A DNA stretch of 64,000 nt from an uncultured Planctomycetia bacterium (GTDB lineage Bacteria > Planctomycetota > UBA8108): contig CAZTRG010000149.1 of assembly GCA_964615885.1 (NCBI GenBank), forward strand, positions 2,903 through 66,902. The letters run 5' to 3'. Under the pieces are notes generated by a model. The model was not told the origin of the DNA and did no database searches. It saw only the letters and a list, made by a program, of their open reading frames with translations. This document shows, piece by piece, positions 23,461-31,547 of this stretch (its first letter is position 1; every line of letters starts with the position of its first letter). Made by a program: the position numbers and the translations under genes.

Positions 23461-24342
23461 TCAAAAGCTCAGAAAACCCAGTGGTTTAACGGGTTTCTCC
23501 AGCAAATCTGCGGCATAAAGGCGGTCAAAGAAAAGCCGCATCGCTTCGAGCTTGTCCTCTCCGAGATCATAGTTGATCAGGTGTCCGAGATAGTGAATTC
23601 CGGCAGCCTGGTCAAACCCCTCCGGCAAGGAAGCCCCCGCCACAATCTCGTCAATTCTCGCAAGTCCCTCTTCTTTTGCCCGCGAGAGGCGCTCCAGGAG
23701 AAACCTCCGGAAGCCGGCATCTTCCACCACCTCCGGCCTGCAGGCCCAGAAAGCGTAAACGAAGGGAAGCCCTGTCATTCGTGTCCACTCGGTCCCGAGA
23801 TCGAGATCCTGCCACCCGGGAATTGAATCTGCCTCCAGTGCAGCATCGCCGATGAGTAAAACGGCATCGAGCTCATCAAGCTCATCGTTACGGCCTTCAA
23901 GACACCCACGCATGGCAGCGGGTTCACAGGATACAAACTCAGGCTCGGCACCCCAGGCATCCCGGAAGAGCAGGCGGGTCAGGAGTGCAGAGGTCATCGA
24001 GCAGGTATCAAGCCCGACACGCCTGACCTTGCGAAGACTCCTGCGATGAAAAAGACGGATACTGCGCACACCGCCGTAGCTTGAGATTCCAATGCCCGGC
24101 ACCACCTGGTAATCAGGCCTGGCTGCACAGGCAACAACCGGAACCAGGGCTACATCGAGCTCGGAAGCATCGAGCATGTGCGCCAGGCGACTCGGCACAT
24201 GGTAGCCGAGGCTCAGCCTGTCTGAGGATTCATCGAGCCCCCACAGTAGCGGGAGCGCGTTTAAATAATCTATTCCGCCAAGTCGTACCAGGTCTTCGGC
24301 GGAAGGAGCCATGGGGCCCTGTAGGCTACTGGATTCCTGCAT
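23461..24342 (-). CDS. mqnA: Chorismate dehydratase MqnA-like (futalosine pathway, MqnA/MqnD family)
   Basis: GGIDYLNALPLLWGL resembles the MqnA xxLNxLPLxWGL motif. About 290 aa periplasmic-binding-like fold family. Confidence 0.6.
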   Translation of the reverse strand: MQESSSLQGPMAPSAEDLVRLGGIDYLNALPLLWGLDESSDRLSLGYHVPSRLAHMLDASELDVALVPVVACAARPDYQVVPGIGISSYGGVRSIRLFHRRSLRKVRRVGLDTCSMTSALLTRLLFRDAWGAEPEFVSCEPAAMRGCLEGRNDELDELDAVLLIGDAALEADSIPGWQDLDLGTEWTRMTGLPFVYAFWACRPEVVEDAGFRRFLLERLSRAKEEGLARIDEIVAGASLPEGFDQAAGIHYLGHLINYDLGEDKLEAMRLFFDRLYAADLLEKPVKPLGFLSF

Positions 24343-24478
24343 AGCTGTTTATTCGAATCGCTGAAGTCAAAAACGGTTGACCGAAACACAAGAGTGAGAT
24401 TATAGACCCGTGGTGACTGTTGACAAGCAGGACCAGCCATAAGAGCATCAACAACATCATGAAAAAGGCGAAAAATTA

Positions 24479-25189
24479 ATGCCCGGCCGCAGAAGAAAAC
24501 GGCGCCTGAGGAACTGGCTGGTCGGCTGGCTGGCGCCGCCGCTGATACGCCTCTGGAACTGGAGCCTCCGCAAGCGCATCTGCTCCGATGAGCTTGAGGA
24601 AAAAGATGGCTGGGTCTCTACGCCGGGGGTGATTGTGCTGGTATGGCATCAGCGTCTCTTCACCCTCGCCACCTCCTTTCCCGGCACCGGCTTTCGAATC
24701 CTCGTGAGCCAGCACGCCGATGGAGAGATGCTTGCCCGGGTCCTCGAGCGTTTCGACCTGGAGGCCATCAGGGGATCAACCACACGCGGATTTGTCGGTG
24801 CCATCAGAGAGCTGGTCAGCAAGCAGGGGGAAGATGTCAGGATCGCCATCACCCCCGATGGACCGCGAGGCCCACCTATGAAACTTCAGCAGGGCGCCAT
24901 CTATCTCGCTTCGAAAACAGGCTTGCCGATCCTCCTTACCGGCATCGGTCTCTCAAGCAGCTGGACCTTCAGCTCCTGGGATCGCTTCAAGCTCCCCCGC
25001 CCCTTCAGCCGGGCCCTGGTTCGGGTTGGCAAGCTCATCAAAATTCCACCGGACCTCAGCCGCGAAGAAATCGAACACTGGCGCCTCAAGGTCGAAGAGG
25101 CCATGTGTGAAATCCTCGCCGATACCGACGAGCGATTTGAGGAGCTTTACAGCAAAGCCGCCAGGTTGCGAGGAATGCGAAAAACGTAA
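24479..25189 (+). CDS. DUF374 (lysophospholipid acyltransferase-like) protein
   Basis: VIVLVWHQRLF...ILVSQHADGE...RGSTTRG pattern typical of DUF374. Confidence 0.55.
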   Translation: MPGRRRKRRLRNWLVGWLAPPLIRLWNWSLRKRICSDELEEKDGWVSTPGVIVLVWHQRLFTLATSFPGTGFRILVSQHADGEMLARVLERFDLEAIRGSTTRGFVGAIRELVSKQGEDVRIAITPDGPRGPPMKLQQGAIYLASKTGLPILLTGIGLSSSWTFSSWDRFKLPRPFSRALVRVGKLIKIPPDLSREEIEHWRLKVEEAMCEILADTDERFEELYSKAARLRGMRKT

Positions 25190-25335
25190 AATAGCCCTCC
25201 AGGAGCCGCTCCCGGGAGATAAAGAGCTATTTTTTCCTTCTGAAGCTCCCTGTTGACTTGCGCAGCCGAAGGCGAAGAAATAAGATTCAGGCGCCTGGTA
25301 CGCCGCACGTTTCGAGGGGTCAGAGGACCCCGAAA

Positions 25336-27954
25336 ATGGATAACCCCCGAGCGGGAACTTTCTGCCTGCTGCTAGCTATTGGGCTGGGCGTCTGGAGTGT
25401 CGTCAACAGCCTGGATAATGGGCAGCAGCGGCTGAGGCTTCGTGACCCCTCCAACCGTTCTCCCGCAGCGCTGAAAACCCCCTCCTCGAAGGCAGCAGCA
25501 CAGACGCCTTCCATCATCGACACCCTCGACCCCGCCTATCTCATGGAGGGACGCGTTGCCGGGCCGGGAGGAAAACCCATCGAAAATGCGCTGGTGCGCT
25601 GCGGAAACCTGGAGGTTCGCTCAGATAAGGAGGGGATCTTCAAGCTTCCCCGCGGCAGCAGAAATATAGAGCTCTCACACCCGGATTATTTTCCCGGAAG
25701 GCTGGAGTCCCTGGCTGTGCAAGCGGCAGCTCCCGGGGGCAACAGCAACAGGGCCGGACCGGCAAGCGAGGCCATCCTCCAGCCTGGCTACAGCCTGGGC
25801 GGAACGGTATATGACAGCACCGGGAAACCCCTCGGCAACAGCAAGGTCAGCTTCAGAACAAGCAGTGCGGGATACTGCGGAAGCGTTAAAACCTCCCCCG
25901 ATGGAACCTGGTCCAGCCCCCTGCTGCAGCTGGAAAGAACACATATACTCTACAATCATCCCGGCTGCCTGACCCGTTTCGCCTGGGCAACCCCCTCCGG
26001 CCCGGGGCAGAAAAAACCGCTGGAGACCGTTCTCCATCAAGGCACCCCCGCCCGGATCAGGGTCGTCGACGAAAGAGGGAGCTACCTTGCAGAGGCCCAG
26101 GCCTGGTCCGACCGGCCGGTGAGCACCGGGGAAGCTGATTCAGTCGGAAGGTACCTGGGCCGAACCGATGACCTGGGACTCCTTGAGTGCGCCCTGGAGC
26201 AGGGTGCCCCCGGCAGGATAAGAGTGAGACATGTCGGCTACGAAGAAAAGATCATCGAAGCCTCCACTGCAGAGAACTCCGAGACGCCCGGCAATTTTGA
26301 GATCACCCTCCTGCGTGGACCTGTCCTCCTGGCCCACGCAATTGACAACTCAACCGGGTTACCACTCAGACCGGAAACGGTAGAGGTAGAGGTCCGAACC
26401 GATGGAGACTTCCACCCGGCGGGACAGGCCGGGCTCCTCTACCATTCTCTCGATGGGGGAGAGATCCGGGTAGGATTGCCCAGGCAGGCGGGAAAATTCA
26501 GATTGAGGGTCAGTGGAGGAGGAAATCTCTACGGGGTCTCCCCGGTCGTCGATTTCGATGGAACGACCTCTCCGGAACCCTGTCTTGTGCGCCTCCGTCC
26601 ATCGCGCTCACAACTGCAGGGGCTGGTCACCTTCGAACAGGAGGCCGTGCCTCGTGCGCAGGTCGAGCTGCTCACCTCCGTCGGCACCTGGGCAGGCCAT
26701 ACGATGCTCCATGGAATCAGGGTTCCCCGCCCCTCGCGGGCAGTGATGAGCACCTATACAGACCCAGGCGGTAACTTCAGCTTCAGGCAATTTGAGCCGG
26801 GCACCTACAGAATACGAGTGACCCATCCACGCTATGCCGCCTACCAGGGAGCCCCCATCGCGCTGCCCCTGCCGGACCCTTCGCAAAAACACCCCCTCAT
26901 CCTGGGCAGTGGAGCAGCCATAGAAGGCCGCGTAAGGTCCGTTCAGGGCAAACCCCTGGAATCCGTCCCGGTAGTGCTGAGCTGCGCAGAATGCCTGCCC
27001 CAGAGCACCTGGACAGACCACCAGGGCCGCTATTCCTTCTCCGGCCTTCCCACCGCCACCGATATCCAGGTCACCGTCGGGAACAGCTCCTCTGACACGC
27101 CGGGCAAAGATGCCGGGTGGACGGGAAGGGGAAGATCGGTCTCCCAGCCGGTCCAGAGCCTCCAGCTCAGCCCGGGAGAAAGAAGAGAGGTTGACCTGAC
27201 AAGCACTGGCCCACAGGAAAACGGTGGCTTGAACGGAACCCTGACCCTCGATGGAAAACCGTTTGCAACACCGCTGGAGTTGATGAGCCTGCCGGAGCTG
27301 GGACACTCTCCGAAGTTCTCCAGCGATGAAAACGGGGGCTTCTCCATGGCCCCCCTTCCAGCCGGCAGATATCGTTTGAGCAGCAGGGGATTTCCCTTCC
27401 AGCGGGAGGTGAATGTCGAGGCAGGAAAAACAACCGGGCTTTCCGTTTCCCTGCAGACCCTGGCTTACGACCTGGAGATCGCCTCTGCAGCAAACGGTGA
27501 ACCGATCCGGTCACCATGCACCATCACAGCGGAGCTGCTCAACCCGACGGCAGCCCGGAAAAACGGTGCCCCATGGACGAAGCGGGAGATCCTTGCTCCC
27601 GGGGGAAATGTAGTCCTCGATGGTCTCTTCCCCCTGGCCTATCGACTCCGGATCGAAGCTCCCGGCCATGTCCCTGCCAGCGTAAAAATCAACCCGGCAA
27701 AGAACCCACGCGGGCGAGCCAGCCTGAAGAAGGGAAAGAAAACCCGGCTGGACCTGAAAAAGCCCAATGGAGAGATCTTCACCGGAGAGGTGTCCGTCGT
27801 GATCTTTGAAGACACCGGTGTGGTGATTCACGACGAGAAGGTCCAGGTCAGTGGCGAGCTCGAGCTGCCGGTCCTTCCGCCGGGGATCTACAAGGTCGAG
27901 GTCCGAACCCGGAAAAAGCCCTACCGGATGACCCTGACAATCAGCGGAAGCTGA
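25336..27954 (+). CDS. Large N-terminally anchored/secreted protein with multiple carboxypeptidase-regulatory-like / Ig-like beta-sandwich repeats
   Basis: Start moved to ATG 25336 (MDNPRAGTFCLLLAIGLGVWSVV hydrophobic anchor). Repeated G-x-V-x-D-x-x-G-x-P modules throughout (GRVAGPGGKPIENALV, GTVYDSTGKPLGNSKV, GRVRSVQGKPLESVPV). Confidence 0.6.
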   Translation: MDNPRAGTFCLLLAIGLGVWSVVNSLDNGQQRLRLRDPSNRSPAALKTPSSKAAAQTPSIIDTLDPAYLMEGRVAGPGGKPIENALVRCGNLEVRSDKEGIFKLPRGSRNIELSHPDYFPGRLESLAVQAAAPGGNSNRAGPASEAILQPGYSLGGTVYDSTGKPLGNSKVSFRTSSAGYCGSVKTSPDGTWSSPLLQLERTHILYNHPGCLTRFAWATPSGPGQKKPLETVLHQGTPARIRVVDERGSYLAEAQAWSDRPVSTGEADSVGRYLGRTDDLGLLECALEQGAPGRIRVRHVGYEEKIIEASTAENSETPGNFEITLLRGPVLLAHAIDNSTGLPLRPETVEVEVRTDGDFHPAGQAGLLYHSLDGGEIRVGLPRQAGKFRLRVSGGGNLYGVSPVVDFDGTTSPEPCLVRLRPSRSQLQGLVTFEQEAVPRAQVELLTSVGTWAGHTMLHGIRVPRPSRAVMSTYTDPGGNFSFRQFEPGTYRIRVTHPRYAAYQGAPIALPLPDPSQKHPLILGSGAAIEGRVRSVQGKPLESVPVVLSCAECLPQSTWTDHQGRYSFSGLPTATDIQVTVGNSSSDTPGKDAGWTGRGRSVSQPVQSLQLSPGERREVDLTSTGPQENGGLNGTLTLDGKPFATPLELMSLPELGHSPKFSSDENGGFSMAPLPAGRYRLSSRGFPFQREVNVEAGKTTGLSVSLQTLAYDLEIASAANGEPIRSPCTITAELLNPTAARKNGAPWTKREILAPGGNVVLDGLFPLAYRLRIEAPGHVPASVKINPAKNPRGRASLKKGKKTRLDLKKPNGEIFTGEVSVVIFEDTGVVIHDEKVQVSGELELPVLPPGIYKVEVRTRKKPYRMTLTISGS

Positions 27955-27965
27955 GAAGCGGCACG

Positions 27966-28907
27966 CTACTTTCCTGCGATCGTACAGACCACCCGGAAGC
28001 CCTCTGTGTTGCGCTTGCGGCCCGGGTCACGCTGGTAACGGCTGGCAGCCCTGCACCCGGCAGCAAAATAGTACCACCCCCCACCCCGCGAGACCTTCTT
28101 CGTCCCCTTCTCCGGGCCCTTGGGATCCGCCTCGGGCGAGGATTTGTAGTACACCGGGCTGAACCAGTCTGAACACCACTCCCAGACATTACCGTGCATG
28201 TCATGGATTCCCCAGGCGTTCGCAGCATAGGAACCGACCGGCGTGGTGCGCTTGAGATAGGGACCGGCAATCGTTGCAGGGTCGACCCCCTTGATCACAT
28301 CAGCCCTCTTCAGGTAGGGAGTGTTCCCATCAAAATTAGCCGATTTTGAATCCAGCTGTTCGCCGTAGTGAAAGGGTGTCGTGGTCCCTGCCCTGCAGGC
28401 AAACTCCCACTGGGCCTCGGTGGGAAGGCTGTAGACCCTGCCCGCCTTCTTTTCAGCCGGCAGGTTCGAGAGCTTGCTGCAGAATTCTACCGCCTCGTTC
28501 CAGCTGACACTGTCCACCGGCAAGCTGCCTGCCTCGATGCCCTCGACCTTCTCCCGCCCCCCGCCAGCAGGACTGAAATAGCTGGGGTTCTTACCCATAA
28601 GCTTCTCGTATTCCCCCTGGGTAACCTCAAAAGCGCCTATGTGGTAAGGACTTGTGATTCTAACCTTATGCTGGTGTTCATGCGCCCAGCGACCGAATTC
28701 ATTCTTTGATCCCATCAGGAATTCACCACCTTTAACCTCCACCAGCTTCATTCCTATCGAGTTGACCAGGGTGGCGGGCGCTGCAGCCGCTGCAGGGTTC
28801 TCCTCCTGCTGGGCGAAACAGAACAGGGAAGGCAGCAGGACAACAAGCGCAGCAGAAAGCCCGGCGCAGAGCGGCCGGCGGAAGAAACGATTGTCAATTT
28901 CTGGCAT
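27966..28907 (-). CDS. Formylglycine-generating-enzyme (FGE)-sulfatase domain protein, secreted
   Basis: WGIHDMHGNVWEWCSDWF and RGGGWYYFAAGCRAASR signatures with an N-terminal signal peptide. Start chosen at ATG 28905-28907. The ORF-track start 28964 is an alternative. Confidence 0.8.
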   Translation of the reverse strand: MPEIDNRFFRRPLCAGLSAALVVLLPSLFCFAQQEENPAAAAAPATLVNSIGMKLVEVKGGEFLMGSKNEFGRWAHEHQHKVRITSPYHIGAFEVTQGEYEKLMGKNPSYFSPAGGGREKVEGIEAGSLPVDSVSWNEAVEFCSKLSNLPAEKKAGRVYSLPTEAQWEFACRAGTTTPFHYGEQLDSKSANFDGNTPYLKRADVIKGVDPATIAGPYLKRTTPVGSYAANAWGIHDMHGNVWEWCSDWFSPVYYKSSPEADPKGPEKGTKKVSRGGGWYYFAAGCRAASRYQRDPGRKRNTEGFRVVCTIAGK

Positions 28908-29137
28908 GGGTTCTCGGTACTCAGATGGTTGAACTTCTGGCAAGGTGCAGGGCTCTGAAAGCATCCCGGTAAAAGCGGGTCAAGACCGCTGGCGGTTTTC
29001 CCAGCAGCGGTGATTCCTGCTGAAGCAAGGGAGCCACCGCAGGGCGATCCGGGGAACGCTCGAAAAACAAATCTTCCCGGCCCGAAACTTTGGTGGACAG
29101 TTTTTCATGCCCGAGGATTTAAAATAGCCCGCCGATT

Positions 29138-30298
29138 ATGAAAAAACAAGTGTACCTCGATTACCATGCGACCACACCGGTCGACCCCCGGGTCCTGGAG
29201 GCGATGCTCCCCTACCTGGAGGGCTCTTTCGGCAATCCCTCCAGCAAGACGCACTCCTATGGCTGGACTGCCCGGGAGGCGGTTGAAAATGCCCGGGCGC
29301 AGGTGGCGAGCCTGCTGAATGCAAGCCCCGGGGAAATCTACTTCACCGCGGGAGCAACAGAGTCGAACAATATCTCCCTGCGGGGGGCAACCCGGCAAGC
29401 GCCGGGTGAACGCAACCACATCATCACCCAGAGCACAGAGCATCACGCAGTGCTCGATCCCCTCAGGAGGATCGAAAAAGAGGGCTGGCGGCTTACCGTT
29501 CTGAATCCGGATTCAGAAGGCTTTATTCATGCAGCCGCTCTCCGGGAGGTCATCGATGAGAAGACACTCATGGTGAGCATCATGGCTGCCAACAACGAGA
29601 TTGGAACTGTCCAGCCCCTGCAGGAACTGGGCGAGGTCGCCAGGGAAGCCGGTGCCCTCCTGCATTGCGATGCAGCCCAGGCCGCCGGCAAGGTTGAGCT
29701 GGACGTCGAAGCCGCCGGAATCTCCTTGCTGTCCATCTCCGGCCATAAATTCTATGCGCCCAAGGGAGTCGGCGCGCTCTACAAAAGAAAAAGAGGAAAC
29801 CGGGTCCGGCTCGAACCCCTGGCCCTCGGGGGTGGGCAGGAAGAGGGCCTGAGACCGGGCACTCTCAACGTACCGGGAATCGTCGGCCTGGGCGAGGCCT
29901 GCCGGATTGCCCGGGAAGAGCTCCAGGAGGAGAGCACCCGGGTCGGACAGCTTCGCGACCTGCTGCTGGCAGGAGTTCGCAAAGGAATCCCCGATGTCAA
30001 CGTAAACGGGCCCGCCGATACAGCCAGGAAGCTGTCGGGAAATCTCAGCCTCAGCTTCGCCCGAGTTGATGGCAGCGCCCTGATTGTCAGCCTCGGTGAC
30101 CTGGCAGCTTCAGCCGGTTCAGCCTGTACGGCAGGAAATGCTGAACCTTCCTACGTTCTCAAGGCCATTGGCACCCCTGCAGAACTCGCCATCTCGACCC
30201 TGCGCCTCGGCCTGGGCCGCTTCACCACCGAAGAAGAGATTCATTACGCAGTCGGCCGAATCATTGAAACCGTGGAAAAACTGCGCCAGGGCCGGTAA
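29138..30298 (+). CDS. iscS: Cysteine desulfurase (IscS/NifS family)
   Basis: PLP-lysine region SISGHKFYAPKGVGALY. N-terminal YLDYHATTPVDPRVLEAM. 386 aa. Confidence 0.9.
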   Translation: MKKQVYLDYHATTPVDPRVLEAMLPYLEGSFGNPSSKTHSYGWTAREAVENARAQVASLLNASPGEIYFTAGATESNNISLRGATRQAPGERNHIITQSTEHHAVLDPLRRIEKEGWRLTVLNPDSEGFIHAAALREVIDEKTLMVSIMAANNEIGTVQPLQELGEVAREAGALLHCDAAQAAGKVELDVEAAGISLLSISGHKFYAPKGVGALYKRKRGNRVRLEPLALGGGQEEGLRPGTLNVPGIVGLGEACRIAREELQEESTRVGQLRDLLLAGVRKGIPDVNVNGPADTARKLSGNLSLSFARVDGSALIVSLGDLAASAGSACTAGNAEPSYVLKAIGTPAELAISTLRLGLGRFTTEEEIHYAVGRIIETVEKLRQGR

Positions 30299-30422
30299 CG
30301 GGCTTCTGCAGCTTGCAGCCCGCTTGCCACTCTCCACTTCTGCACTTATAATCGCAGTATCGAGTCAATTGGGGATTGATCCCCTCGAAAGCTACCAGGC
30401 TCCAACACGAGAGGCTCCTACA

Positions 30423-30764
30423 TTGCAGATTACACTGACCGAGGTCGCCACAACCGAACTTAAATCTCTCATGACCAGGGAGGTCGAATCCAACAACCTC
30501 AACGAGGATGCGGGACTCAGGCTCATGGTTGTGGGTGGGGGTTGCTCCGGCTTTACCTACAAGATGGGATTTGACGAAAACATCTCTGAAAAGGACAAGG
30601 TCGAGATCATCGGAGGCGTCAAAATTGTCGTCGATGAAAAAAGCTCCCTCTACCTCGACGCGGTCGAAGTTGACTTCCAGGACAGCCTCATGGGGCGGGG
30701 ATTTGTTTTCAACAACCCCAACGCAAGCGGAACCTGCGGCTGCGGCAGCTCCTTCTCAATCTGA
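30423..30764 (+). CDS. iscA: Iron-sulfur cluster assembly accessory protein (HesB/IscA/ErpA family)
   Basis: Real gene inside ORF 30084..30764. TTG start at 30423 preceded by GAGAGG (30409-30414). N-terminal (M)QITLTEVA..., C-terminal CGCGSSF motif. Upstream part of the ORF overlaps iscS and is artefactual. Confidence 0.75.
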   Translation: MQITLTEVATTELKSLMTREVESNNLNEDAGLRLMVVGGGCSGFTYKMGFDENISEKDKVEIIGGVKIVVDEKSSLYLDAVEVDFQDSLMGRGFVFNNPNASGTCGCGSSFSI

Positions 30765-30822
30765 TTTCCAGCCGCCCTTCCGATCGCCGGCTCCACAGGA
30801 CTCCCTCCCCGCAAACCAGGCG

Positions 30823-31383
30823 ATGAACGCCATGAATGAGAAAAGGTTTGCCGTCCTCGTCCCCCTCATCCTGCAAGAGGAAGAGGTGCAGATCCTGCTG
30901 ATGAAGAGACCCGAACGCGAAACCGATCCCTACTCCGGGCAGGTCTGCTTCCCGGGGGGAGCCCTTGAAAAAGATGACTGCGACATGCTTGATTGCGCAC
31001 TACGGGAATCCACCGAGGAGTTGGGAATCCCCCCCGAAGCCGTCGAGATCATCGCTGAGCTTGACTGGCAGCAAACCGGCTTTCAGCATGCGGTGAAACC
31101 TTATGTCGGTTGGATCGAAGCCCCCCTGGAGCTGAAGCCGAATCCTGCTGAGGTCGACAAGGTGCTCTACCTGCCGGCCCGCAGAGTAAAGCCCGGCTTG
31201 TTCAGAACGCGTGGGCACTGGGTCGACCCCCACGGCCGGGAAAGAAAGATCCTCAGCTTCCAGCTCTCTCAACACGAGGTCTGGGGCTTAACTGCCAGGA
31301 TCCTCGAACACTGCTTTATCAGTGGTTCTGCCGCCGGTTCGGTCCGTCAGAAAACCGGAAATTTCCCGCCGCACCAGGAGTGA
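30823..31383 (+). CDS. NUDIX hydrolase, CoA pyrophosphatase (NudL)-like
   Basis: ATG at 30823 within ORF 30508..31383. Nudix box GGALEKDDCDMLDCALRESTEELGI. Confidence 0.75.
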   Translation: MNAMNEKRFAVLVPLILQEEEVQILLMKRPERETDPYSGQVCFPGGALEKDDCDMLDCALRESTEELGIPPEAVEIIAELDWQQTGFQHAVKPYVGWIEAPLELKPNPAEVDKVLYLPARRVKPGLFRTRGHWVDPHGRERKILSFQLSQHEVWGLTARILEHCFISGSAAGSVRQKTGNFPPHQE

Positions 31384-31547
31384 AAAACCCTTCCATATCC
31401 CCACCCCGGTGGTATTCTCGAAGGAGAAGAGCTCTTTTTCGGAGTTGTTGGAGCATGGATAATGGGGCAGACAGGGTTCTTCAACAGTTAAAAAGATCCA
31501 TGCACCTTGGAGGCACTCAAGTGGGTTTTTTCTAATAGGAGATAAGC

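Noticed and set aside
24377-24406. TTGACC-N17-TTATAG sigma-70-like promoter candidate upstream of the DUF374 gene.
   Set aside because: Weak -10 and an alternative TTGACA nearby with poor -10. Too uncertain to call as a feature without transcription start-site data.
30084-30422. 5' part of ORF 30084..30764 (226 aa) overlapping the end of iscS in another frame.
   Set aside because: The IscA/HesB homology begins only at about 30423 (TTG start with GAGAGG RBS). The upstream 113 codons are Ser/Pro/Ala-rich, lack an RBS and overlap iscS, so they are an ORF-extension artefact.
30508-30822. 5' part of ORF 30508..31383 (291 aa), Ser/Thr/Arg-rich, overlapping iscA.
   Set aside because: The NUDIX homology starts at ATG 30823. 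The upstream region overlaps the iscA coding sequence out of frame and is low-complexity.
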